DNA from: an uncultured virus (IMG/VR IMGVR_UViG_3300027396_000015)
Lineage: Duplodnaviria > Heunggongvirae > Uroviricota > Caudoviricetes
Length of the DNA stretch: 20,000 bases
Virus record (IMG/VR): IMGVR_UViG_3300027396_000015
Strand: one strand, 5' to 3'
The notes under the pieces were generated by a model. The model worked only from the letters and a program-made list of their open reading frames with translations, was not told the DNA's origin and ran no database searches. The position numbers and the translations under genes were made by a program. Of the stretch, positions 1 through 8,964 are shown piece after piece (positions within the stretch are counted from its first letter, which is position 1; each line of letters begins with the position of its first letter).

Positions 1-1476
1 TACTATCGGTTCTTTATAGATAACTCCATCTGTACCAAACAAATTAGTCGTGCTGTATTTTCCTGTAGAATCTTTTAGGTCAAAATAACGGCTAATACCA
101 CTGCTAACTCTGTTAACAGATTTAATTTTAACAACTTCTTGATTAACACTTAGTGGAAGAATATTATAATCTTCACCGGTGATCATTCGACTCTGTGTAT
201 AATAAGTTGCAGGAGCATTGTTTTTAATTTCGTCAGATGTTTCTGCAATAGTCGCATTAGTAACTGTATATTTTAATCCTAATGCAACGGTTACAACTTC
301 CTTCTTTCCTGAGCGACTGATGTAAGGAATATCAATGGTAACGTTTTTAATATCTGCTGGATTAATAGAATAAGACTGTCCATTACTTGTTCTGTAATAA
401 ACTTTAAAATTACCTTGTGGTAAATTTCCAAAAGTTCCATCAGAAAAGATTAATCTAATACGATCCAATGAACGTGTAAGCACAGAGTAAACATCTCTAA
501 TATTCTTAGAAAGACTATTGTAAATGATGTTGTTGCCTTCAACAGAATCAACTTTAGTCCATAGTGTGGATTCAAAACCAATACTGTCAAGTCCGTATAA
601 CCACACGTCTGTGTTGTTTACGTTAGGACTGTCAATGTCTAATGTTTCACTAGTGCTTGGTCGTTCAATTGTAAATGTACTTTCTTGTAATGTACCTTGA
701 CGGAAATGTACAAAGAAACCTGTGTTACTACTAGGAGGACCGCCGCCATCATCTCTGTATAAGAATGCTAGACTGTTTGTTGGAAACGGAGGTTCTTCAT
801 AGATAAAGTTTGCTCCAGAAAATGATGTAGATACTACTTCGAAATCAATATTTCTACCATCAATATTTTTGCTAAATCCGTAGATAGGCACTTCAGTATT
901 TGATGCGTTGAATCGATATTGTTCGCAAGGAACACCACTAATTGTTGCGCTGTCTGTTGGTTTTCCAAATTGGCTGGTTTCTGGCAACGAAGCATTGATT
1001 ACTTTAATAAACTGCTCGTACCAATTGCTGTTAGCACTGTCATTCCATACAATAGTCTGATTGGATAAATCTCTGCCGTTGCTGTCAATAACAGATTCTG
1101 TTGTAGATATAGAAGTGAACTTTAAAAGTCCGTTGGCTGGCTGATTGCGCTTAGGGTTGTAGGATAGTAAACGTGCTAGACGTAGCACACTTTCACGACG
1201 TTCTGCTAGTTCAAGGAAGTTATCACGAGCGTTTAAATCAAATCTAAATGCTAGGTTTTGTCCCAAGAAAGCAATAAGGTCAATAAGGGCCAAGTATTCA
1301 CTTGACTCAATATAATCGTTAAAATCTTCTGGATAATTTTCACGTAGATACGTGATCATAGTACGACGAAGGTTGTCAAAGTCGTACGATTTAAAGTCTG
1401 CGTTTTTAAAGCTCTGGTATACTCGTTTCCAGTCTTCTGCCGCTATTAGTTTATTTTGTCTATCTACACTTGCCAT
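1..1476 (-). CDS. gp6: Baseplate wedge subunit, T4 gp6-like (3' end runs off the window)
   Basis: Not in the ORF track. Manual translation from ATG at 1476 gives MASVDRQNKLIAAEDWKRVYQSFKNADFKSYDFDNLRRTMITYLRENYPEDFNDYIESSEYLALIDLIAFLGQNLAFRFDLNARDNFLELAERRESVLRLARLLSYNPKR. This matches the gp6/baseplate-J N-terminus pattern (DFD..R...L...F.DY...A..RESV..LA..L.Y.P). It has a GAGGG RBS and sits next to gp25. Confidence 0.85.
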   Translation of the reverse strand, partial: MASVDRQNKLIAAEDWKRVYQSFKNADFKSYDFDNLRRTMITYLRENYPEDFNDYIESSEYLALIDLIAFLGQNLAFRFDLNARDNFLELAERRESVLRLARLLSYNPKRNQPANGLLKFTSISTTESVIDSNGRDLSNQTIVWNDSANSNWYEQFIKVINASLPETSQFGKPTDSATISGVPCEQYRFNASNTEVPIYGFSKNIDGRNIDFEVVSTSFSGANFIYEEPPFPTNSLAFLYRDDGGGPPSSNTGFFVHFRQGTLQESTFTIERPSTSETLDIDSPNVNNTDVWLYGLDSIGFESTLWTKVDSVEGNNIIYNSLSKNIRDVYSVLTRSLDRIRLIFSDGTFGNLPQGNFKVYYRTSNGQSYSINPADIKNVTIDIPYISRSGKKEVVTVALGLKYTVTNATIAETSDEIKNNAPATYYTQSRMITGEDYNILPLSVNQEVVKIKSVNRVSSGISRYFDLKDSTGKYSTTNLFGTDGVIYKEPIV

Positions 1477-1494
1477 AATCAGCCCTCGATATTA

Positions 1495-1502
1495 TATTTA
1501 TC
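1495..1502 (-). promoter_or_regulatory. Late promoter GATAAATA (gp6)
   Basis: ATAAATA core upstream of the gp6 RBS and ATG. Confidence 0.65.
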
Positions 1503-1525
1503 AAGTCTAAAAAGTGGGTAGATTA

Positions 1526-1969
1526 TTAACTGAGGATGTTATTTTCTTCGTCAAATCTGAAGCGTAGTTGTTCAGAAATATTATAAGGCAAATAAGTTAA
1601 GTTACATTCTACTTGAATGCCGCTTTCATATTGGCTTACTATAAGGCTATCTACTTTAACTCTAGGGTCGTAGTTCATTATCTGTGTAACGTTTTCTGCA
1701 ATAATATCTTTTAATTCTTCTGTTAAAGGATCGAATAAAAGGTCCCAAATAATACAACCAAACTCAGGATTTTCTAATTTTTCACCCTGTCTAATATGTA
1801 GATGATTCACAATATCCTGCTTGATTAGACTTAAATCATATAGTGTAAAACTACCTGTTGGGTTGCTAATTGTGCTTAGTCCGCGGTACGCTCGGCCCGT
1901 TGGAACGGCATCTGGTATTCCGTTTTGAGGGATTACACTTCTACCTGAGACTGAGTTATAAGTTGCCAT
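1526..1969 (-). CDS. gp25: Baseplate wedge subunit / sheath initiator, gp25-like (GPW_gp25 family)
   Basis: IKQDIVNHLHIRQGEKLENPEFGCIIWDLLFDPL...YDPRV is the typical gp25 motif (GER..P.FG..L..LLF.P...EPR). Confidence 0.9.
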   Translation of the reverse strand: MATYNSVSGRSVIPQNGIPDAVPTGRAYRGLSTISNPTGSFTLYDLSLIKQDIVNHLHIRQGEKLENPEFGCIIWDLLFDPLTEELKDIIAENVTQIMNYDPRVKVDSLIVSQYESGIQVECNLTYLPYNISEQLRFRFDEENNILS

Positions 1970-1976
1970 AGTTTAA

Positions 1977-1984
1977 TATTTATT
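1977..1984 (-). promoter_or_regulatory. Late promoter AATAAATA (gp25)
   Basis: ATAAATA core 7 nt upstream of the ATG at 1969. Confidence 0.6.
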
Positions 1985-1986
1985 TC

Positions 1987-3381
1987 TTATTTTTTTGATA
2001 TCTTTTTGAAGGTATCAACGATTTTAGACTGTGTTCCATCTGTTACACTTGCACTAGAACTAGAGTCTGTTTTAGCAGGAGTATGGCCTGCTGGATTTAA
2101 ATTTTCATGTCCTGACCACGGTTCGTGCTGTGGAATTCGCTTGGGCGCACTAGCCGATCCGCAGGTCGATGCCGCAGGGCCGTTCATATGAATTTGGCTG
2201 GCTGTTTCAACATGGTTGCCGCCGGCACTGATATTGCTCTGTCCGCTAACTGTTAATTTGCTGTCTGCACCTACAGACACTAACCAGTCTGCACCCGTTT
2301 CCGTGTGCATTTTTTCTCCGGCAATTAAATTTATATTTCTACCGGCTTTCATATTAATATCTCTGTCTGCTGTAATATTTAGGTCGTTTTTAGTATGGAT
2401 ACTAATGCTGTCTTCGGCAAAAATATCTATCTTTCCGTTGCTAGTCAATTCGATCCAAGTAGTACCTCGAGCATTACCTATGTAAATTAAATCTTCACTA
2501 TTGTGTAAAAGAATCTGATGTCCAGTTCTTGTCCTAATACGAAATAATTCATTGTGAGGTATATCTTTGCTGCCGCCTTTGTCATCTACAGACACATAAT
2601 TAGAAGCAGTTTCTGAAGCATGTCCTGTTCGTAGATAATTTTCATCGCCGTCATCCATTACTAAAGTTGTGCCGCCTAAACGACTAACAAAGGCTCCTTT
2701 AACAGGATTTTCTTTTGTTCCAACTGTACCGCGTGCCTGTCCAGATAATCTATCTACAGGCCCTGGGGTACTAATACCAAATACATTACTTGGGCTTTCT
2801 CTGCGAGCAGAGCTAGTTGTTATGCCTCTAATTTCATCTGTTAGTAAACCTTGTGTGCTTAATACTCCTGTAAACGGATGTACAGGTTTTTTAATTTGTG
2901 TAGCATCAGGTTGATTTCCTGTATTAAGTTTTTTATTGTATTCTGCTACAGGTTCTTTTGCTGGAGGAATTTTTGTATTCAATTCCGTTGCGGCAATTCC
3001 AGGAATCATAAAATTCATGTATTCATCCTGAACACAGCCTAGCCAGAAACCTTTGCTAGTATCGCCTTCAATAAAAATAACAACAACTATTCCTCCTTCA
3101 GTTGGCGGCACCATCCACATACCGTAACTTTTTTGTGTGTCGTCATAGGTATTATTTTTTCCCACATGCTCTAAACTAGTAACACCATAAAATGGACTTA
3201 GATACTGTACAGGATATGTGCTACCTTCACTGTTTGGTATATTACCAACATCACGCAATAACTGTACATGGAGTGTGCCCATATATTTGTTATCTTCATT
3301 TCTAACTACTCTTGCCAAGTGAGGGCCTGGATCAACTCTTCCACCGCTTACTTCATTACTTCTATTATTTTCATTAGACAT
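1987..3381 (-). CDS. Baseplate central spike, gp5/VgrG-like (OB-fold plus beta-helix, no lysozyme domain evident)
   Basis: The N-terminal OB-fold-like segment reads ARVVRNEDNKYMGTLHVQL...YGMWMVPPTEGGIVVVIFIEGDTSKGFWLGC. It is followed by RTRTGHQILLHNSEDLIYI and beta-helix-like repeats (DSISIHTKNDLNITADRDINMKAGRNINLIAG). Located in the baseplate cluster. Confidence 0.75.
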   Translation of the reverse strand: MSNENNRSNEVSGGRVDPGPHLARVVRNEDNKYMGTLHVQLLRDVGNIPNSEGSTYPVQYLSPFYGVTSLEHVGKNNTYDDTQKSYGMWMVPPTEGGIVVVIFIEGDTSKGFWLGCVQDEYMNFMIPGIAATELNTKIPPAKEPVAEYNKKLNTGNQPDATQIKKPVHPFTGVLSTQGLLTDEIRGITTSSARRESPSNVFGISTPGPVDRLSGQARGTVGTKENPVKGAFVSRLGGTTLVMDDGDENYLRTGHASETASNYVSVDDKGGSKDIPHNELFRIRTRTGHQILLHNSEDLIYIGNARGTTWIELTSNGKIDIFAEDSISIHTKNDLNITADRDINMKAGRNINLIAGEKMHTETGADWLVSVGADSKLTVSGQSNISAGGNHVETASQIHMNGPAASTCGSASAPKRIPQHEPWSGHENLNPAGHTPAKTDSSSSASVTDGTQSKIVDTFKKISKK

Positions 3382-5816
3382 TATGCGCCGCCTCTTGGTC
3401 TTCCTGGAATTGGTATTCCTGTATTAGTGTATTCAACTTGACTTTCTCTCGATCCTTTAGAAACAGAATCGATTGACTTCTTAGCAGTTTCTCCTGGACG
3501 TTGTGTTAATGATTTACCTTCGTCTGTGTTAGGCGGTAATACATTTTCACCTTTATATCCAGTATGATAAACTCCAGTATTACCTGTCTTAGGATCTGTC
3601 CAAGTAAATCTGCCGCCGCTATTTCCTGCACTCTTTCTTGCAGATGCAAATGCCTGTGCAAACGTTTGTTGTTTTGGAGGTTCAGGTTTGTTTGTTGCTT
3701 GTTCTGCTACAGGAACTTCTTGTTTTTTAACATCTTGTTTAGTTTCAGCCGGTGCTTCTTTAACTGGTTCTTGTATTGGTCTGCGTATTGCTTTTAATGT
3801 TTGTGTAAATTTTCCGCCTTTAAAGACGTTTGTAACTTCTTGAACATTATACAACCCACTAAATCCTGCATTTTGAACACCAGACATAAAGTCCATGTTT
3901 CCGGTGATAGAATTATAATCCGATGGTGTTCTAAAATTAACGATAACATCGACTTCGCCACTTTGATAATTCATTGCGCCACTGGATGTTTCATTAAAGT
4001 TTGCAGGAATGTCACTGAAATTTCCCATACCACTATCGGCAATATAGTAAGGGTCTCCTAGTATTTCTATGTCTGCTGTCATTAAATCTGCTTGACTGTT
4101 TAGTAATGCTTCGTAAAAGTTTTTAGCAACTAAACTACGATAGTCATCGTTTGGACCGCCACCAGCATTTTTATATCTTCTAAATGTTTCGCCTACAGGA
4201 ACAACTGGAGCACCTTTTTCAACAGCATTTTTGTTTGCTTCGTCGTTGGTCGGTTGTCCTGCGGAACCTACGCCTTGGCCATTAATTTGCGGGTACACCG
4301 CGCCGGATAGTGCGTTTTTATCTGCATAAGCCGTTGTAAACAATCCTGCTTTTAATTGAATATTAAAAGTAAGAATATCTACGTTTTTGCCAGTGTAAAT
4401 GTAATTGTATTCTTTAACTGCATTCTTTTTTAATTCATCGTAACCCTGTGGCTGTGCGCCTGGAGGTTTAAATCTGTGCTCGTGTACAAGATATTCAACA
4501 ATTTTAAAAACATAAAGTTTAGGAATCTTTGCCCTGTTATTGTTTCCAGGCTGTGGCTTTAAATTGAATACCTGTGTTTCAATTCTAAACCATTTTTTAA
4601 ATCCCATTTTGTCTGAAGGCGCCGTTGTGTTTGTTTTACAAAATTCGCTCATCAACAATACTTCTGTAATAGCATTAACTATTGTTGTGCCTTGGCCAAA
4701 TTTAAAAACTTTATCCTTAGGATCGTAGACGTTGTCTTTTCTAGAGTTAGGCTTGTCTGGGTCTTTTTGTATTTGATCTTTAGGTTTTAATTGACTGTCT
4801 CCGCCAGTGTCTAGGTCAAATCCCATTTTTGATTTACCTATATCGTTTAAAGATTCTGAATTCTGCACGAGCATTTTTACAGATCCTGCTGTGCCGCCCA
4901 CAGAGTTACTACTTTTGTTTAATGTTAATTTTTCTTGAACTTTTTTATCTTTTGATTCCGACGATGGATTAACTGTTGCTGATTGTCCAGCATCATCTTG
5001 AATTTCTGTAGATGATATCTGTGCGCCGTCTTTAGGAAAGATTATAACAATTTCGTCTGGAACATATTCTTCTTTGCCTGTTTCACTTCCTTGTTTGGCC
5101 ATTTCTTTTGTACGCTCATTGGCCCATCTTTGCAGACTATTAGTACCCGACTGTAATATTTCCTGAACTGTTGTGCCGCTGATTTTTATATCTGATTTTA
5201 ATGTGTTTACTTCGTCTGACAGTGCAGATTCGTTGTAAGGAATGGCTGTGCATTTATATCGACAACCAGAGGCAGAAATATCCATTTCTATCTGTCCCCA
5301 AGTAAAAGGAATGTGTCGATTTAAAACGTCGTCTACAGGAATAATATTTCCTGCGCTGTCATAGCCAATAAATTCTATGGTTAACAAAAAAGGCATTTCT
5401 GTATAGTTAACCATCATACCTTGATCCGATTGTGCGGCGGCGGCTAATTGTAATGTCTGTAAAAACATTCCTAAACTATAAGGTTCAAATATTTCAAAAC
5501 TTATATTTGTAGAGTTTGTTCCTTTAGTTCTTTTATCGTAGGTTATTAAACTACCTATTTCAATGTTGTCAATATAAAAGTCGTATTTTCCTGTTGGGTT
5601 TGCCGCTGAAGTATATGCAGTCATAACTCTGTTGTCGGGTCTGCCTGCACCGCTACGTAAAATAATCTGTCCTAGTTGATTATTTTTATAACTTGTAGAT
5701 GATTCTGGAAAATTTATTTGTTCACTAGTTAAAGCACTAATTGTAAAAATGCTGTTATAGGAAGAAAATTTTTCCAGTACATTTCGTTTAATACCGATAC
5801 TGTCTGTTAAAGGCAT
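3381..5816 (-). CDS. Large baseplate hub / tail protein (gp27 / late-control-D-like), with a low-complexity C-terminal extension
   Basis: 811 aa, directly upstream of the spike gene with a TAATG stop/start overlap. The C-terminal part has the hub-type pattern ADIEILGDPY...FSGLYNVQEVTNVFKGGKFTQTLKAIR. Confidence 0.6.
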   Translation of the reverse strand: MPLTDSIGIKRNVLEKFSSYNSIFTISALTSEQINFPESSTSYKNNQLGQIILRSGAGRPDNRVMTAYTSAANPTGKYDFYIDNIEIGSLITYDKRTKGTNSTNISFEIFEPYSLGMFLQTLQLAAAAQSDQGMMVNYTEMPFLLTIEFIGYDSAGNIIPVDDVLNRHIPFTWGQIEMDISASGCRYKCTAIPYNESALSDEVNTLKSDIKISGTTVQEILQSGTNSLQRWANERTKEMAKQGSETGKEEYVPDEIVIIFPKDGAQISSTEIQDDAGQSATVNPSSESKDKKVQEKLTLNKSSNSVGGTAGSVKMLVQNSESLNDIGKSKMGFDLDTGGDSQLKPKDQIQKDPDKPNSRKDNVYDPKDKVFKFGQGTTIVNAITEVLLMSEFCKTNTTAPSDKMGFKKWFRIETQVFNLKPQPGNNNRAKIPKLYVFKIVEYLVHEHRFKPPGAQPQGYDELKKNAVKEYNYIYTGKNVDILTFNIQLKAGLFTTAYADKNALSGAVYPQINGQGVGSAGQPTNDEANKNAVEKGAPVVPVGETFRRYKNAGGGPNDDYRSLVAKNFYEALLNSQADLMTADIEILGDPYYIADSGMGNFSDIPANFNETSSGAMNYQSGEVDVIVNFRTPSDYNSITGNMDFMSGVQNAGFSGLYNVQEVTNVFKGGKFTQTLKAIRRPIQEPVKEAPAETKQDVKKQEVPVAEQATNKPEPPKQQTFAQAFASARKSAGNSGGRFTWTDPKTGNTGVYHTGYKGENVLPPNTDEGKSLTQRPGETAKKSIDSVSKGSRESQVEYTNTGIPIPGRPRGGA

Positions 5817-5817
5817 A

Positions 5818-6117
5818 TTATAATCCTAACACATCGAATAAACTAGATTTTTTAGGAATGTAAATTTTTACTCCAGATCTAAAATCAAAAATTGGATCTT
5901 TTATAGTGTCCATATTACGTTGCATGAACACCCACCATAATTTAGTAGAGCCATACAAGTCATATGCTAATAAATCAGGTCTGTGATTGTACTGCGGTTC
6001 AATTGTATAAACCCAATCGTCTGGCTCTGCACTAACTGGGCGCACATTGATAGGTGCAAGAAATCCTGGAAGTTCTTGTGTTTTAAACCACGGGCTTTTA
6101 TTGTTATACGTTACCAT
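5818..6117 (-). CDS. Baseplate wedge protein, gp53 / tail-X LysM-like
   Basis: YTIEPQYNHRPDLLAYDLYGSTKLWWVFMQRN...GVKIYIP is the RPD.LA..LYG...WW gp53/LysM-like signature. Confidence 0.8.
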   Translation of the reverse strand: MVTYNNKSPWFKTQELPGFLAPINVRPVSAEPDDWVYTIEPQYNHRPDLLAYDLYGSTKLWWVFMQRNMDTIKDPIFDFRSGVKIYIPKKSSLFDVLGL

Positions 6118-7004
6118 TAAATGAATCCTGATTTATTGTTACCTGAACCAAGTACATAGTCTCCTTTGATAAACTTATCAAGGCTAAAGTTTCTAACTTG
6201 TTCTCTACTGTACAATGGCTGTACTGTAACTGTAATTGTACTTTTAACTGGTGCCCACGCGACACCTTGTCCTACGCTGGATCCTGGAATGTTAATTCCA
6301 ACTAAAGATGCTGCCTTTGATACTACACCTGCACTAGGTGCGCCGGCAGATAGTCCTGTAGAAATATAATCACAATCATTAGGTAATTCTATTGAAAAGT
6401 TTGTAACTACCACAGGCACATCTTTGAATACATAATCTCCGTATCCGTTAAGTTTTAATACTGGAGGAGGTGCTCCTGCATTTGTGTCAGAACCGAATGC
6501 CATCTTTGTTACTGATTTTAGATAATGTACTGCGGCAATCCAGTATGCGGCTTCCACAGCATCTTCGCAGAAAAACTGTCCTGTAATTGTCATTGCATCA
6601 ACTTTGCTGTTTTCATAAGACAAGAAAGGATAATTATTGTGTACAGGTGTCATTGGCTGGTAGTTTGCCGTATGTTGCATCTGTATTGAGGGCGTAAAAG
6701 GAAACACCATACCATTGGTTTCTATCAACGGACGCATAATAGAACTAGATTTATATGCTGGGTTAGTTGGGAGGCTTAAACGCACTCTCCAATCTCTACT
6801 TGCAGATGAACTAAAAATTGCAGATGCTGGATTACTTTTTGCGCCTGTTTCTCCGCCCGGGAGTAAATTAACGCTACGTAATGCCGCGCCAAACCCTTCC
6901 GTTTTTAATGTGTTTACCGTATTCCCGATAGTACCCAATGTACCGGCTACAGAGCCAGCAATAGATCTAGCACCGCTAACAAAATTGTTTAAGTCTAATG
7001 GCAT
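6117..7004 (-). CDS. Tail tube initiator / baseplate tube-cap-like protein (gp48/gp54-like)
   Basis: FPFTPSIQMQHTANY...ITGQF...PPPVLKLNGYGDYVFKDVPVVVTNFSIELP resembles contractile-tail tube-fold initiator proteins. First gene of the baseplate operon, with an AAGGA RBS. Confidence 0.55.
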   Translation of the reverse strand: MPLDLNNFVSGARSIAGSVAGTLGTIGNTVNTLKTEGFGAALRSVNLLPGGETGAKSNPASAIFSSSASRDWRVRLSLPTNPAYKSSSIMRPLIETNGMVFPFTPSIQMQHTANYQPMTPVHNNYPFLSYENSKVDAMTITGQFFCEDAVEAAYWIAAVHYLKSVTKMAFGSDTNAGAPPPVLKLNGYGDYVFKDVPVVVTNFSIELPNDCDYISTGLSAGAPSAGVVSKAASLVGINIPGSSVGQGVAWAPVKSTITVTVQPLYSREQVRNFSLDKFIKGDYVLGSGNNKSGFI

Positions 7005-7026
7005 TTTTGGTTATCCTTGTTAAACA

Positions 7027-7034
7027 TATTTATT
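7027..7034 (-). promoter_or_regulatory. Late promoter AATAAATA (baseplate operon)
   Basis: ATAAATA core 22 nt upstream of the ATG at 7004. Confidence 0.7.
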
Positions 7035-7061
7035 GACTTTATTAAGTGCATAGTTTATAAT
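7033..7061 (+). promoter_or_regulatory. Sigma70-type promoter for gp55
   Basis: TTGACT (7033-7038), 17-nt spacer, TATAAT (7056-7061). Confidence 0.8.
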
Positions 7062-7085
7062 TTATAGTGAGGAGTCATAATTATA

Positions 7086-7916
7086 ATGAAAAAAGTTAAC
7101 TACCTGAATAACAAAGATTTGTTATCCGAGATACACAAAAGTAAGAACTCTTACTGTAGTTTTGTTAAGCCAGAGTACCATCAATACGACTTAATACTAC
7201 CAAGTTTAGAAAAAATTAACATTAGAACCATCGCAGAAGCCAAAAGAGTTAAGGCTAAACGACAGCAACAACAAGCATTTGAAGCGGCTAAAGCCGTAAA
7301 CCCCAAAGTTAAAGTAGCCGAGTTTGAAGTAGATTATAAGAAAATTGAAAAAACTGATTTAGTTTTTAGAATTATGACTTACGATCACATTCCGCTAGAA
7401 CCTGGGCGTAAACGTACACCAAAAAGTCAGGCGGATCATAGAGAGAAAGTAAATTTTCCAGCGTTCCAGCACTGGAAATTTGACGACAATGACGAACTAA
7501 TATGTGTAGGTAAAAGCCACTGGAAGGGCGGAATGATTAAGGGCAAGTTCAGTAAAGATCATGGTCAAATTACAGACACACTAGCCCGTATGTATATCAA
7601 ACTCTGCGAACGATATGCTACCAGAGGTAACGTTAGAGGTTATACTTACAATGACGAAATGAAGGGTCAAGCAATCCTTCAACTTACACAAATAGGATTA
7701 CAATTTGATGAAAGCAAAAGTGATAACCCTTTCGCATATTTTACCGCGGCAGTCACGAATTCGTTTGTCCGTGTCATTAATATCGAAAAGAAAATGCAAA
7801 ACATCCGAGACGATATCTTGCAAGAAAATGGTATGAACCCAAGTTACACCCGTATGATTAATCAAGAATACGATAACGCAATGAAACGAGAGAATACACC
7901 GGCCGCAGAAGATTGA
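7086..7916 (+). CDS. gp55: Late-transcription sigma factor, T4 gp55-like
   Basis: N-terminal VNYLNNKDLLSEIHKSK, plus ERYATRGNVRGYTYNDEMKGQA and FDESKSDNPFAYFTAAVTNSFVRVINIEKK motifs. Upstream of gp47/gp46 as in T4-like phages. GAGGAG RBS. Confidence 0.9.
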   Translation: MKKVNYLNNKDLLSEIHKSKNSYCSFVKPEYHQYDLILPSLEKINIRTIAEAKRVKAKRQQQQAFEAAKAVNPKVKVAEFEVDYKKIEKTDLVFRIMTYDHIPLEPGRKRTPKSQADHREKVNFPAFQHWKFDDNDELICVGKSHWKGGMIKGKFSKDHGQITDTLARMYIKLCERYATRGNVRGYTYNDEMKGQAILQLTQIGLQFDESKSDNPFAYFTAAVTNSFVRVINIEKKMQNIRDDILQENGMNPSYTRMINQEYDNAMKRENTPAAED

Positions 7917-7942
7917 CACGGCTGTTGTATTTTTGCTATAAT
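7913..7942 (+). promoter_or_regulatory. Sigma70-type consensus promoter for gp47-gp46
   Basis: TTGACA (7913-7918), 18-nt spacer, extended -10 TGcTATAAT (7934-7942). The -35 overlaps the gp55 stop codon. Confidence 0.8.
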
Positions 7943-7959
7943 AACCAAAAAGGATTATA

Positions 7960-8964
7960 ATGTTTAAAAAAGTTGCGTGTTTTACAGACATACACTTTGG
8001 ATTAAAATCGAACTCTAGTACACATAATCAGGACTGCGAAGAATTCGTAGATTGGTTTATTGCTGAGGCTAAAAAGGAAGGATGTGATACTGGCATCTTC
8101 CTAGGCGATTGGCATCACAATCGAAACAGTCTTAATATGTTGACTATGCACAGTTCAATCCGCTGTTTAGAAAAACTGGGCAAGGCATTTGATCAGTTTT
8201 ACTTCTTTCCAGGCAATCACGACTTATACTATAAGGATAAGCGTGATGTACACTCAGTTGACTGGGGCAGACATATTCCAGGAGTAACTGTTATCAGCGA
8301 AATTACTACCATAGATGATGTTACACTAGTTCCTTGGTTAGTAGGCGATGAGTGGAAAAAGATGGAAAAGTTAAAAAGTCGTTATGTGTTTGGACACTTT
8401 GAACTTCCGTTGTTTATGATGAACGCAATGGTGCAGATGCCGGACCACGGTGAGTTACAGGCCAGCAACTTTAAGAACCCTGAATATGTATTCAGCGGGC
8501 ACTTTCATAAACGCCAAGCAAAAGAAAATATTGTTTACATTGGTAATGCGTTTCCGCACAACTATGCAGATGCTTGGGACGACGACAGAGGCATGATGAT
8601 TTTAGAACACGGAAAGAAGCCTGTGTATAAAGTTTGGAACGATGCTCCTAAGTTTAAGACTGTAAAACTGAGTCAACTTATTGACGAATCCGAAACACTA
8701 ATTCTTCCTAAAACATATCTACGTGTAGGTATTGATATTGATATTAGTTTCGAAGAAGCCAGTTTTATTAAAGAAACATTTATGGCTCAGGAAAATATCA
8801 GAGAACTTACATTAATTCCTGAGAAGAAAGACGTAGAAATTAACACTAACCTTGATGTCCAACAGTTTGAAAGTGTAGATCAAATTGTTAGTAATCAAAT
8901 TGCCAGCATACAAAGCGACACATACGATCCTAAAGTATTACTCGCGATTTATAATAACCTATGA
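7960..8964 (+). CDS. gp47: Recombination endonuclease subunit, Mre11/SbcD-like (T4 gp47)
   Basis: Metallophosphoesterase motifs DIHFG, LGDWHH, GNHD, GHFE and SGHFH. Confidence 0.93.
   Translation: MFKKVACFTDIHFGLKSNSSTHNQDCEEFVDWFIAEAKKEGCDTGIFLGDWHHNRNSLNMLTMHSSIRCLEKLGKAFDQFYFFPGNHDLYYKDKRDVHSVDWGRHIPGVTVISEITTIDDVTLVPWLVGDEWKKMEKLKSRYVFGHFELPLFMMNAMVQMPDHGELQASNFKNPEYVFSGHFHKRQAKENIVYIGNAFPHNYADAWDDDRGMMILEHGKKPVYKVWNDAPKFKTVKLSQLIDESETLILPKTYLRVGIDIDISFEEASFIKETFMAQENIRELTLIPEKKDVEINTNLDVQQFESVDQIVSNQIASIQSDTYDPKVLLAIYNNL

Noticed and set aside
2006..7023. Plus-strand ORFs antisense to the baseplate genes (2006, 2216, 2669, 3564, 3801, 4540, 6166, 6715)
   Set aside because: Shadow ORFs overlapping well-supported minus-strand genes, with no motifs or RBS.
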